The notes: a model not told the origin generated them from the sequence alone. Positions 8,688-18,333 are shown, numbered from the stretch's first letter. The stretch is DNA of 64,000 nt from Myxococcota bacterium (GCA_965223415.1 OZ245002.1:2592001-2656000); one strand, 5' to 3'. Numbers and translations: made by a program.

Positions 8688-10549
8688 GAGCCCGACCCCG
8701 GAGACGACGCATCCCCGGCCAACGGCTCCGGCGCGTCGAAGCCGGCCGAGGCGAGGATCTGCCGGAAGCGCGGGTCGCCCCGGTAGGGATCGAAGATGGG
8801 CTCGGCTCGCACGTACCAGAGGTGGTGCCGGGCGGCCTCCTCCAGGCAGGCCAGCATTGGGTCCGGGTCGCGGGCCCGCGCGTGGAGCACCGCGCTCTCG
8901 TAGGCGTCGCGTCCGCAGGGCCGCCCGCTGGCCGCGGCGTCCAGGGCGAGGAGCAGGCGAACACCCGCCTCAGCGCCGACGAAGCGTTGGTGGATGCGCA
9001 GCGGGGGGCGCAGCCAGCCTGGAAGCGCGAGGAGGAACACCTCGGTCGCTTCGGCTTCCCGCCCGGCCGCGCCAAGCGCGCTCGCGAGGGTCGCGACCAC
9101 GTAGGCCGAACGCGGAGCCAGCTGGTGCGCGCGCCGCAGGTGCGCGATCGCGCGCTCGTTCGCGCCCAGGTAGTAGTAGACCCGACCGGCCGTGTGCTGG
9201 ACCGAGTGGGAGAGCGGATCCAGCTCGAGGGCGCGCTGGATGACCGGAAGTGCGTCCTCCGGGCGGCCTTGCATGCAGCGCAGGCGGGCCAATGCGCCGA
9301 GCGACACGGGAGAGGGACCGAGCTCGACCGAGCGTTCCAGCGCGGCCTCGGCTCCGGTCCAATCCCCCTTCGCTCGGAGAACGGCGCCATGGACGGCCCA
9401 GGCCTGCTCCGACGCCGGGTCCAGCTCGAGGGCGCGGAGGACCACGGTCTCCGCGCGGGAAAGCCAGCCCAGCCCGGGCGCGTCGTCGCTCCACAGCCGT
9501 TCGTAGGCCGCCGCCAGCGCGACGTGGGCGTCGGGCTCCCCGGGCTCGCGCTCGATCGCGCGCTCGTACAGCGCCACGCGGTCGAGCAGCTCGTCCCGCG
9601 TGGACGCGAGGATCGCGCTCCGACCCTCCAGCCGGAATCGGTCGGCATCGACCTCCGGCGCCCGGTGCACGAACTCGGCTCCGCGCTGGACCTCCACCAG
9701 GAGAGCCGCGCGAACCGCCCCTGCCACCTCGGCGCGCAGCGGTCCGGGCTCCGCCAGGGATCCTTCGTGGGAGCTCGACCACTGCCGAAACCCGCTGGTG
9801 GCGTCGACCAGCTCCACGTCGACGTGGAGCCGATCGTCGCGGGCGCGGACCCGACCGACCACGAGCGATCCGACGCCGAGCTCGGCGCCGATCGCCATGG
9901 GACCGCGGGGTGCGCCCGGACCGCGCGCCAGCGCGAACGACTCGCTGGGCGACAGGACGAGCAGCTCGGTCACCTCGCTCAGCCGGCCAACGACGTCGAG
10001 CGCGACCGCTTCACCGTGGTCTCTGAGCCCGCCGAAGGGGAGCACGGCGACCGATCGGTCCAGGCCGGTTTGCGTGAGGGGCGACGGCAGGAGCGGACCG
10101 AGATCGGCGAACGGCCGGGCCAGCCACGCCGCCAGTCCGGCGGCCGCGAGAGCGCCGGCGAGCAAGGCGCCCCACGTGGGTCCCCGCGGCCGGCGGCCGG
10201 CCCCGGTCGCCCCGCGCGGGGACGCCGTGTCCGCTGCCGGCAGCTGCGTCACGGGAACGCCGATCCGGTAGCCGCGCCCGCGGACCGTCTGGATGATCCG
10301 GGCGTCGGCCTCGCCCTCGCCCAGGGCGCGGCGCGCCTGGCTGATGCAGCGCGTGAGCGACGCCTCTCCGACCGCCACCCCCGGCCATACGGCGTCGAGC
10401 AGCTCGTCCCGGGTGAGCGTGCGCTCGGCGTGGCCGAGGAGCTCTCGTAGGACCTCCATCACCTTGGGCTGGAGCGGAATGCGGGTGCTGCCCCGCCGGA
10501 GCTCGTAGCGCTCTTCGTCCAGCTCGAATCCGGCGAATCGGTATCGCAC
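8684..10549 (-). CDS. OmpR/CadC-type winged-helix regulator with TM segment, TolB-like and TPR domains
   Basis: YRFAGFELD..LQPKVM..VWPG..IQTVRGRGYR, then a TM helix, SVAVLPF and TPR repeats; GTG start inferred. Confidence 0.85.
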   Translation of the reverse strand: MRYRFAGFELDEERYELRRGSTRIPLQPKVMEVLRELLGHAERTLTRDELLDAVWPGVAVGEASLTRCISQARRALGEGEADARIIQTVRGRGYRIGVPVTQLPAADTASPRGATGAGRRPRGPTWGALLAGALAAAGLAAWLARPFADLGPLLPSPLTQTGLDRSVAVLPFGGLRDHGEAVALDVVGRLSEVTELLVLSPSESFALARGPGAPRGPMAIGAELGVGSLVVGRVRARDDRLHVDVELVDATSGFRQWSSSHEGSLAEPGPLRAEVAGAVRAALLVEVQRGAEFVHRAPEVDADRFRLEGRSAILASTRDELLDRVALYERAIEREPGEPDAHVALAAAYERLWSDDAPGLGWLSRAETVVLRALELDPASEQAWAVHGAVLRAKGDWTGAEAALERSVELGPSPVSLGALARLRCMQGRPEDALPVIQRALELDPLSHSVQHTAGRVYYYLGANERAIAHLRRAHQLAPRSAYVVATLASALGAAGREAEATEVFLLALPGWLRPPLRIHQRFVGAEAGVRLLLALDAAASGRPCGRDAYESAVLHARARDPDPMLACLEEAARHHLWYVRAEPIFDPYRGDPRFRQILASAGFDAPEPLAGDASSPGSGS

Positions 10550-10697
10550 CCAGGCCTCGTCCGCAGCGCCCCGACCCACGGGGCAGCATACACCCGCCCG
10601 CGGGGACCGCGGGGCGGGAATTCGCTGACGATTCGGTTCCCATCGGGTGGCGGAAGGGCCCGATCGGCGAGCCTGGCGCCCGGAAAGGGAGCTGACC

Positions 10698-13442
10698 TTG
10701 CGCCACCTCGCGGCCCTGACGGCGGCCTCGTGCCTCGCGCTGGCGCTCGCCCCCGGGCGGGCTTCGGCCCTCGTGCTCGCGTGCGAGTCCGCGCCGGCCA
10801 GCTTCGAGCTGCTCCCGCGGGTCGGCTTCAACACCTACGCCCTCGGGGTGTCGGCGGACGGGGCGTTCGCCACCGGTGTCAGCGTGGTGGGCAACAACGC
10901 CGCCTCCGAGGCGCTGCGTTGGAACCAGGCCGGCGCCGTCGAACGGCTCGAGCGGTCGGTCGGTTGGACCAACGGCCACTTCCTGATGGGGTACGAGATC
11001 TCCGACCCGCTTCCCTCCCTTGGGGGAGAGCGGGTCGTCACGGGTACGAAGTTTGACGCCGCGGCCCCGACCTACGCGCGTTGGATCGGGACGACGCTCC
11101 AGGACACCCTGATCCCGTCCCGCTTCCCCGGCGGCGTGTTCTTCCAGCAGCACCCGATCGACGCCTCGCCGGACGGGAGATACCTGGTCGGCCGCGAGCA
11201 GGGCACCGACGAAGCCTTCCTCTTCGACACGGAGACTCCGCTCTTCCAGACGATGAGCGCGCCCGCGCTTCCTGCCGGCGCCAACGCCGTATCCGACGAC
11301 GGCCGGGTCGTGGCGGGCCACGTGAGCTGCGGGACGAGCTGCACGGCGCCGGCCCGCTGGGACGACAGCGTGGTGACCGTGCTCCAGGGTGGGGACTGTG
11401 CGGGCTCTCCGGGCGAGGTGCAGGATCTCTCGGCGGACGGGTCCGTCGCCGCCGGGTGGATCGCCAACTGCCCCTTCGGCCCGCGGATCCGACAGCCGGC
11501 GATCTGGCTGGGCAACCAGCTGGTCCCGCTGGGGCCGGTCCTCCCGCCCACCAATCAACGGGACCGGGGGAGCGCCCTGGCGGTGAGCCCCGACGGCCGC
11601 TTCGTGGTCGGCACCCAGGACGACCTCAGCGGTCCGGCCTTCCTCTGGGACGTGGAGCACGGAATGCGGGACCTGAAGCTGGTGCTCGCCCGCGACCACG
11701 CCCTCGCCGACGAGGTCGCACCCTGGTTCTTCACGGCGGCGACCGGCGTGACGGTCAAGCCGGATGGCCGCGTCGTGATCGTGGGCTACGGGTGGCCGGT
11801 CGCCCGCACCGTGGGACCGGGCAACTTCCAGCCGTTCCGCGTCACCCTCGACGTCGATACGCCCTGCGATGACGCGGATCGCGACGGTCTCTGCGACGAG
11901 TGGGAGCGGGACGGCTACGTCGACGTCAACTGCGACGGTCGATTCGACGCCTCGCAGGACCTCTCGCTGCCCGGCGCGGACCCGCAACACATGGACGTGT
12001 ACGTGGAGCTGGACACGATCGAGGGCACGGTGGTGCCCACCGGCGCGCTCGACGACGTGGTGGCGGCCTTCGCCTCGGTGCCGAACTCGCTGGTCGACAA
12101 CCCGGGCGGGGGGCGGGGCATCCGCCTCCATCTCCGCCAGGACGATGCCGCGGTGCCGGATCCCGGCGGCGGGTCGAATCCAAGCTGGACGCAGGGCGTG
12201 GGATGCGGCGGCGCGACGGAATTCGCTGCGGTGAAGGCGGAGTGGTTTGGCACGGCCGCCGAGCAGGCGGCGGACGGCGAGGTCCTGGAGGTCAAGCGGC
12301 GCCTGTTCCGCTACGGAGTCCTGGGCGGCACCTTCGAGGAGCTGATCGAAGGCCAGGCCGTGCCCTTCGGCCCGAACTTCATCGTTTCCCCGGGCCAGGG
12401 GTTCCGGACGCCGACAGCCACGGACTGGGCGGGCATCTTCATGCACGAGCTCGGGCACACGCTGGGCCTGGACCACGGCGGGCCCGAGGAGAGCGTCAAC
12501 TACAAGCCCAACTACCACAGCGTGATGAACTACACGTGGACGACACCGGCCCAGCTTCCGGTCGTCGGCCCGCCGCTCGGCCTGCTCGCCTACGCGGGCT
12601 CGTGGCGGCTCGACTACGCGCGGGAGCCGTTCGCGATGGACCTCGACGAGAACGGCCTGGACGAGATGGCCGGCCTCGGGGGCCCCCAGGGCCATGGACG
12701 CCACTTCCTGCCGGTCGGGCCCCTCGAGGGCGGGCCCTTCAGCTTCGACGCCAACCCGCGCATCGAGCGCGCGCAGGGACCGATCGACTTCGACCGGGAC
12801 GGCGTGCCGAACGAGGCGGTCTCTGGCCCCGCCAACCTGAACCAGGTCAATCCGTGGAACGCACCGGACTTCGGAAATCCGAGGCTGGAGATCCTCGAAG
12901 CCCACTCGGACTGGGACTACATCGCGCTCTTCTACCCCCGCTTCTTCCAGCACCCGAACTGGTTCGGGGCCGGAGCGTGCGTGGGCTTCCTCCGCACCTT
13001 CCCTCCGCCCGACGAGCTCACCGTTGCCGAGCGCGTCGGCCTGAGTGTCGACATGCCGATCGACTGCAACGGCAACGGCGTCGACGACGACGACGAGCTC
13101 CTCCAGGGACTCGCCGCGGACGACGACGGCGACGGCTGGCTGGACGCGTGCGAGCCACGGATCGGCGACTGCGACGGCGACGACGACATCGACCTGGCGG
13201 ACCGTGGTCTGGTGGTGGCGGCCTTCGGGCGCAGCGAAGGGGAGGCGGCCTACCTCGAGTGCGCGGACCTCGATGGCGACCGGGACGTCACCTTCGTCGA
13301 CTACCAGGCCTGGGTGGCCGAGTACGAGGCGGCCCAGCCGCCTGCGGGCAGCTGCGGAGGCGCGGGGGGTGGGGAGGCCGCGCTCCTTGCGGGCGCGTGG
13401 CTCTGGCACCGCCAGCGGCGGATGCGGGGAGGAGTCTCGTGA
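10698..13442 (+). CDS. Large secreted Zn-metalloprotease with extracellular repeats, dockerin-like module and C-terminal sorting signal
   Basis: Signal peptide; repeated A(L/N)xVSxDG units; HELGHTLGLDH with SVMNY Met-turn; GDCDGDDDIDLAD..ADLDGDRDVTFVD; SCGG-TM-RQRR tail; TTG start after GAAAGGGAG inferred. Confidence 0.8.
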   Translation: MRHLAALTAASCLALALAPGRASALVLACESAPASFELLPRVGFNTYALGVSADGAFATGVSVVGNNAASEALRWNQAGAVERLERSVGWTNGHFLMGYEISDPLPSLGGERVVTGTKFDAAAPTYARWIGTTLQDTLIPSRFPGGVFFQQHPIDASPDGRYLVGREQGTDEAFLFDTETPLFQTMSAPALPAGANAVSDDGRVVAGHVSCGTSCTAPARWDDSVVTVLQGGDCAGSPGEVQDLSADGSVAAGWIANCPFGPRIRQPAIWLGNQLVPLGPVLPPTNQRDRGSALAVSPDGRFVVGTQDDLSGPAFLWDVEHGMRDLKLVLARDHALADEVAPWFFTAATGVTVKPDGRVVIVGYGWPVARTVGPGNFQPFRVTLDVDTPCDDADRDGLCDEWERDGYVDVNCDGRFDASQDLSLPGADPQHMDVYVELDTIEGTVVPTGALDDVVAAFASVPNSLVDNPGGGRGIRLHLRQDDAAVPDPGGGSNPSWTQGVGCGGATEFAAVKAEWFGTAAEQAADGEVLEVKRRLFRYGVLGGTFEELIEGQAVPFGPNFIVSPGQGFRTPTATDWAGIFMHELGHTLGLDHGGPEESVNYKPNYHSVMNYTWTTPAQLPVVGPPLGLLAYAGSWRLDYAREPFAMDLDENGLDEMAGLGGPQGHGRHFLPVGPLEGGPFSFDANPRIERAQGPIDFDRDGVPNEAVSGPANLNQVNPWNAPDFGNPRLEILEAHSDWDYIALFYPRFFQHPNWFGAGACVGFLRTFPPPDELTVAERVGLSVDMPIDCNGNGVDDDDELLQGLAADDDGDGWLDACEPRIGDCDGDDDIDLADRGLVVAAFGRSEGEAAYLECADLDGDRDVTFVDYQAWVAEYEAAQPPAGSCGGAGGGEAALLAGAWLWHRQRRMRGGVS

Positions 13443-13984
13443 TCGGCCGAAGCATCCTCGCCGCTCTTCTCCTTGCCGGCGGGCTGCTGCCCGCCTCGTC
13501 GGACGCTGCAACGATCGTCCGCTTCGTCCTGGCGGATCCCGGGGTGGCACCCGGCGCATCGACCACCCTGGAGATCCGGGCGGACTTCGACACGCCGGTG
13601 CTGGGCTTCGGCGTCGACCTCGTCCTGGACCCGGCCGTGCTGGCGGCCGTCTCCGCGCCGGTCATCGGCCCGGCCTGGACGCCCGTTTTCGCGCCCGACG
13701 GCGACGGCCTCGCGGGTCTGGCGCTGCCGGCGGGCGTCGTCGGGAGCGACGTCCTCTTGGCCTCGCTGGCGGTGACACGGCTCTCACCCGCCAGAACGCA
13801 GATCGGCGGTGCGATCACGGCGGGAGACCTCAGCGAGGGGTTCCCCCTCGTCGGGAGCGGCTTCGACCCGGTGACCTTCGTGCCGGCTGCCGTGGCGGCG
13901 GTCCCTGAGCCGACTGCGGCGATGATCCTGGGAATCCTCGCCGGATGGTTTTCCGTCCGGGGGCGCTCCCGGCGCGGAAGCTAG
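13439..13984 (+). CDS. PEP-CTERM protein with probable cohesin-like beta-sandwich
   Basis: Signal peptide; LEIRADF..VLGFGVDLVLDPAVL pattern; VPEP-TM-RGRSRR tail; GTGA overlap with the protease. Confidence 0.8.
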   Translation: MIGRSILAALLLAGGLLPASSDAATIVRFVLADPGVAPGASTTLEIRADFDTPVLGFGVDLVLDPAVLAAVSAPVIGPAWTPVFAPDGDGLAGLALPAGVVGSDVLLASLAVTRLSPARTQIGGAITAGDLSEGFPLVGSGFDPVTFVPAAVAAVPEPTAAMILGILAGWFSVRGRSRRGS

Positions 13985-14020
13985 ATCGGTCCCAGCCTGC
14001 GCGGTCGCTAGGATCCCGCC

Positions 14021-14896
14021 ATGAAAGGCATCGTCCTCGCGGGCGGGTCCGGCACCCGGCTCTACCCGATCACCCTCGGCGTGAGCAAGCAGCTGCTTCC
14101 GGTCTACGACAAGCCGATGGTCTACTACCCGCTCAGCACGCTCATGCTGGCGGGGATCCGGGACGTGATGGTGATCAGCACGCCCGAGGACCTGCCCGGC
14201 TTCGAGCGGGCCCTGGGCGACGGTTCGCGGGTGGGGCTCTCCATCACCTACGCGGCCCAGCCCCGGCCCGAGGGCATCGCCCAGGCCTTCCTGATCGCCC
14301 GGGACTGGATCGGCAGCTCGCCGGTGGCGCTGGCGCTCGGCGACAACGTGTTCTTCGGCCACGGCCTTCCCGAGGTGCTGCGGCGGGCGGCGGCCCGCGA
14401 GCCCGGCGGCACGGTCTTCGGCTACCAGGTGCGCGATCCGGAGCGCTACGGCGTGGTCGAGTTCGACGCCGAGGGCCGGGCCACGAGCATCGAGGAGAAG
14501 CCGTCGCAGCCGCGCACCAACTGGGCGGTGACCGGGCTCTATTTCTACGACGCCGGCGTGGTCGAGATCGCGGCGGGCCTCGCCCCCTCGGCCCGCGGCG
14601 AGCTCGAGATCACCGACGTCAACAACGCCTACCTGGAGCGCGGCGAGCTCCAGGTGGAGAAGCTCGGTCGCGGCTTCGCCTGGCTCGACACCGGCACCCA
14701 CGAGTCGTTGATGCAGGCCGGCGAGTTCATCCAGGCCGTCCAGGAGCGCCAGGGCTTGATGGTCTCCTGCATCGAGGAGATCGCCTGGCGCAGCGGCTGG
14801 ATCGACACCGACGACCTGCTGCGCATGGGCACCGAGATGAAGAACAACGCCTATGGCGCCTACCTCCAGCGCATCGCCGGCGAGCCCAGGGGGTGA
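14021..14896 (+). CDS. rfbA: Glucose-1-phosphate thymidylyltransferase
   Basis: [42 protein letters not shown]. Confidence 0.97.
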   Translation: MKGIVLAGGSGTRLYPITLGVSKQLLPVYDKPMVYYPLSTLMLAGIRDVMVISTPEDLPGFERALGDGSRVGLSITYAAQPRPEGIAQAFLIARDWIGSSPVALALGDNVFFGHGLPEVLRRAAAREPGGTVFGYQVRDPERYGVVEFDAEGRATSIEEKPSQPRTNWAVTGLYFYDAGVVEIAAGLAPSARGELEITDVNNAYLERGELQVEKLGRGFAWLDTGTHESLMQAGEFIQAVQERQGLMVSCIEEIAWRSGWIDTDDLLRMGTEMKNNAYGAYLQRIAGEPRG

Positions 14897-15435
14897 GGTT
14901 CGAGGAGACGGCGCTCCCGGGCGTGCTGGTCGTGGCGCCCGACGTCCACCGCGACACGCGCGGCTTCTTCCTCGAGTCCTACCACGAAGGGAAGTACCGG
15001 GAAGGCGGCATCGACGCGCGCTTCGTGCAGGACAACCACTCCGCCTCGAAGCGCGGCACCCTGCGCGGCCTCCACGCCCAGCTCGAGCCGGCCCAGGGCA
15101 AGCTGGTGCGCGTCCTGCGCGGCGAGGTGCTCGACGTCGCCGTCGACGTGCGCCAGGGCTCGCCGACCTTCGGGCAGCACCATGCCGAGCGGCTCGACGC
15201 CGAGCAGCACCACCAGCTCTGGATCCCCGAGGGCTTCCTCCACGGCTTCCAGGTGCTCTCGGAAGAGGCGGAGGTCGAGTACAAGGTGACCTCGCCCTAC
15301 ACGCCGGCGGGGGAGATCGCCGTGGCGTGGAACGACCCGGAGCTCGGGATCTCCTGGCCCATCCCCGAGCCGATCCTCTCCGACCGGGACCGGGCGGCAC
15401 CGCGCCTGACCGAGCTCCGCCCCCGCCTCCGCTGA
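14893..15435 (+). CDS. rfbC: dTDP-4-dehydrorhamnose 3,5-epimerase
   Basis: [40 protein letters not shown]. Confidence 0.95.
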   Translation: MRFEETALPGVLVVAPDVHRDTRGFFLESYHEGKYREGGIDARFVQDNHSASKRGTLRGLHAQLEPAQGKLVRVLRGEVLDVAVDVRQGSPTFGQHHAERLDAEQHHQLWIPEGFLHGFQVLSEEAEVEYKVTSPYTPAGEIAVAWNDPELGISWPIPEPILSDRDRAAPRLTELRPRLR

Positions 15436-15482
15436 ACGCAACACGCGGTGTTGCGATACCGTCACTCGTCGGAGGAGAGCCG

Positions 15483-16247
15483 ATGCAGCTGGAAGGACGT
15501 GCGGCGATCATCACGGGTGCGGGAACCGGCGTCGGGCGGGCGACGGCCCTGGCCCTGGCGGAGCACGGGTGCTCGGTGGTCGTGAACTACAGCCGGTCGA
15601 AGGACGCGGCGGAGGCGGTTGCGGCGGAGGCCGCGGGCAAGGGCGTGAAGGCGCTGGCGGTGCAGGCCGACGTCGCACAGGACGCGGACTGCCGCCGCCT
15701 GGTCGACACGGCCGCGGGAGAGCTCGGCCGGCTCGACGTGCTCGTGAACAACGCGGGCACCACGAGCTTCATTCCCCACACGGATCTCGAGAAGGTCACC
15801 CAGGACGACTGGAACACCATCCTCGGTGTGAACCTGGTCGGGCCCTTCCAGATGAGCCGTGCGGCGGCGCCGACGCTCGAGGCGGAGGGCGGCGGCCAGG
15901 TGGTGAACGTCTCGAGCGTGGCGGGCGTGTACGGAACCGGGAGCTCCATCCCCTACTGCGCGTCGAAGGCGGGCCTCAACATCCTCACCGTCACCCTCGC
16001 CCGCGTGCTCGGCCCGGAGGTGCAGGTGAACGCAGTGTGCCCGGGCTTCATCGACGGCTCGTGGCTCCAAGGCGGGCTCGGCCCCGCCTTCGAGCCCGTG
16101 AAGGAGGCGATGGTCGGACGCTCCCTGCTGGGCGCCGTCTGCACGCCCGAGGACGTCAAGGACGCGATCTTCGGCTTCCTGCTGGGCTCGCGGCTCGTCA
16201 CCGGCGAGGTGCTCGTGGTGGACGGCGGGGTCGGGAAGGCGGGCTGA
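15483..16247 (+). CDS. Short-chain dehydrogenase/reductase
   Basis: TGAGTGVG, NNAG and YCASK motifs; GGAG SD. Confidence 0.92.
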   Translation: MQLEGRAAIITGAGTGVGRATALALAEHGCSVVVNYSRSKDAAEAVAAEAAGKGVKALAVQADVAQDADCRRLVDTAAGELGRLDVLVNNAGTTSFIPHTDLEKVTQDDWNTILGVNLVGPFQMSRAAAPTLEAEGGGQVVNVSSVAGVYGTGSSIPYCASKAGLNILTVTLARVLGPEVQVNAVCPGFIDGSWLQGGLGPAFEPVKEAMVGRSLLGAVCTPEDVKDAIFGFLLGSRLVTGEVLVVDGGVGKAG

Positions 16248-16254
16248 CGACGAA

Positions 16255-16413
16255 CTAGAAGTCGTCCTCCAGCAGCAGCTCGTCGTCCTCCTTCCCGGCC
16301 GTGATCCGGAGCGGCGCCCGACAGAAGGCGCAGAACACCTCCTCACCGGTCTTCTCGTCCCCGCTCAGGGGGACGTCGGCGTTGCAGATGGGGCATTCGA
16401 GCTCGCGGGACAT
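16255..16413 (-). CDS. 52-aa LysW-like zinc-ribbon acidic protein (below the ORF-track size cutoff)
   Basis: Manual translation MSRELECPICNADVPLSGDEKTGEEVFCAFCRAPLRITAGKEDDELLLEDDF; two CxxC; GAGG SD. Confidence 0.8.
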   Translation of the reverse strand: MSRELECPICNADVPLSGDEKTGEEVFCAFCRAPLRITAGKEDDELLLEDDF

Positions 16414-16444
16414 GCAGGCCTCTTCGTCCGCGGGCGGAAAGCGC

Positions 16445-16497
16445 TTGACCCGGCAGGGGGAGCCCTCCTAGAGTGGTCGGACCATTTGGTCCAACCA
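16445..16497 (+). promoter_or_regulatory. Sigma70-like promoter with tandem FadR/GntR operators
   Basis: TTGACC-18bp-TAGAGT, then TGGTCGGACCA (16474-16484) and TGGTCCAACCA (16487-16497). Confidence 0.75.
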
Positions 16498-16531
16498 GTT
16501 TTCCCGCGGGGAATCAAGGGAATCGCCGCTC

Positions 16532-17257
16532 TTGGCCCAGGCTGCCCACGACACCATCGCGGACCATCTCCGGGCGGAGATCCTCCGCGGCACCTACCCG
16601 GCCGGCGGGCGGCTCCCGGCGGAGCGGGAGCTGGCCCAGCGCCTGGGGGCCAACCGCAGCTCGGTGCGAGAGGCCCTGCGCAAGCTCGAGCAATCGGGGC
16701 TGGTCGAGATCCGCCACGGCGGCGGCGCCACGGTGCTGCCGATCGAGGGCGCGAGCCTCGACGTGATCCGCCACCTGCTCGCCCTGGACGGCGCCCCGGA
16801 CCGGGCACTCCTCGAGCACGTGCTGGAGGTGCACGAGCTGCTGATCGTGGGAGGCACGCGGCTGGCGCTGGAGCTCGGCGACGCGCCGCTGCTCGAGCGG
16901 GGCCGCGCCCTGCTCCGCCAGCTTGCCGATCCGGCCACGGACGAGGAGACCTACCTCGACACGGTCGAGGAGGCCCTCGGCCTGATCGCCGAGGCCAGCG
17001 GCAACCTCGTCCTCAAGATGGCGCGGCGGGCGGTGAACCCGCTGTTCGATGCGCGCTTTCGCGAGATCCGCCGGCGCTTCCGCGGGCCCGAAGAGCTGGT
17101 CCGCGCGATGGTCGCCGACCTCGACGGGGCCATCGCCGAGCGCGACCCGGACCGCGCGGAGCGGGCCCTGCGCACGTTTCTCCGGGCCGGCCGCAGCCGC
17201 GCCCTCGAAGCCCTCGCCACATACACGCGCCGCGAACCCAACGGAGACGAACGATGA
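16532..17257 (+). CDS. GntR/FadR-family transcriptional regulator
   Basis: GRLPAERELAQRLGANRSSVREAL..GLVEIRHGGG winged helix; TTG start. Confidence 0.9.
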   Translation: MAQAAHDTIADHLRAEILRGTYPAGGRLPAERELAQRLGANRSSVREALRKLEQSGLVEIRHGGGATVLPIEGASLDVIRHLLALDGAPDRALLEHVLEVHELLIVGGTRLALELGDAPLLERGRALLRQLADPATDEETYLDTVEEALGLIAEASGNLVLKMARRAVNPLFDARFREIRRRFRGPEELVRAMVADLDGAIAERDPDRAERALRTFLRAGRSRALEALATYTRREPNGDER

Positions 17258-18333
17258 CCACCCTCCCCGAGACCCACCCCGTGCAGACCGAAGGCGTGAA
17301 GGCCGCCATGGAGGCGATCTACAACTGGAACTACGAGAGCGAGATCGACCAGCTGCGCACGCTCTACGCCAACGCCCTCGACCGCCAGTGGATCGCCATG
17401 AAGGACCTCGACTGGGAGCGCGAGATCGATCGCGACGCCTTCTCCCGCTCCTTCACGATGGGCGGCATCCCGGTGAGCGAGACCGCCTTCTGGAAGGAGC
17501 TGCCGCCGGAGACGCAGTGGGAGGTCTCCCGGCGCACGGCCACCTTCATGCTCTCGAACTTCCTGCACGGCGAGCAGGGCGCACTGATGGTCGCGGCCCA
17601 GCTCGTGAACGCAGTGCCGCACATGGACGGAAAGTTCTACGCCAGCACCCAGACCATGGACGAGGCGCGACACGTCGAGGTGTTCGCAGCCTACATCCGC
17701 AAGCTCGGCGAGGTGCAGCCGATCGCGCCGGGGCTGAAGAAGCTGCTCGACGCGGTGCTCTCCACCGACGACTGGCTGCTGAAGGCGGTCGGCATGCAGG
17801 TCGTGACCGAGGGCCTCGCGCTCTACAGCTTCCGCGACATGCGCAACCAGTCCGACGAGCCGCTTCTGAAGGACCTGCTCACGCTGGTGTCGCGGGACGA
17901 GGCGCGCCACACGGGCTACGGCGTGAAGTACCTGCAGGCGGTGGTGCCGAGCCTCGACGAGAAGAAGGTCGCCGAGATCGAGGACTTCGCCTTCGAGTCC
18001 GCGCGCTTGCTCATCGACTCCCGGGCAGGCCTCTCGCTGCGGGAGACGGCGCTGCAGCTCTGGGCCGAAGCCGGCGTCGATCCCCAGGAGGCGATGGCCG
18101 CCCTGATCCGCGAGCGTGAGCTGATCAAGACCTCGCTGGAGCGCACGGGCGGGCGCACCGGACCCATCCGCGGCTTCGTCATCCCGACCCTCAAGTCGAT
18201 CGGCCTGTTCAGCGACCGCATCTGCGGCCACTTCGACGAGATGTTCCAGGCCAACTTCCAAGGCGCCTTCGGCTCCATCGCCGACGACCCCTACGACCTC
18301 CCCGACGACCTCGAAGCCTGGGCGCTCAGTTAA
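17254..18333 (+). CDS. Ferritin-like diiron-carboxylate protein (AurF-like fold)
   Basis: HGEQGA, DEARH, EGLA and second DEARH diiron ligand pattern; ATGA coupling to the regulator. Confidence 0.82.
   Translation: MTTLPETHPVQTEGVKAAMEAIYNWNYESEIDQLRTLYANALDRQWIAMKDLDWEREIDRDAFSRSFTMGGIPVSETAFWKELPPETQWEVSRRTATFMLSNFLHGEQGALMVAAQLVNAVPHMDGKFYASTQTMDEARHVEVFAAYIRKLGEVQPIAPGLKKLLDAVLSTDDWLLKAVGMQVVTEGLALYSFRDMRNQSDEPLLKDLLTLVSRDEARHTGYGVKYLQAVVPSLDEKKVAEIEDFAFESARLLIDSRAGLSLRETALQLWAEAGVDPQEAMAALIRERELIKTSLERTGGRTGPIRGFVIPTLKSIGLFSDRICGHFDEMFQANFQGAFGSIADDPYDLPDDLEAWALS

Noticed and set aside
10011..13559. 1182-aa minus-strand ORF and many other long antisense or alternate-frame ORFs (e.g. 50932-53952)
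   Set aside because: Shadow ORFs of high-GC coding sequence; Arg/Pro/Gly-rich with no motifs, and they overlap well-supported genes
14021..15435. rfbA-rfbC without rfbB/rfbD
   Set aside because: Split rml loci are common; the downstream SDR is a classical SDR, not RmlD-like
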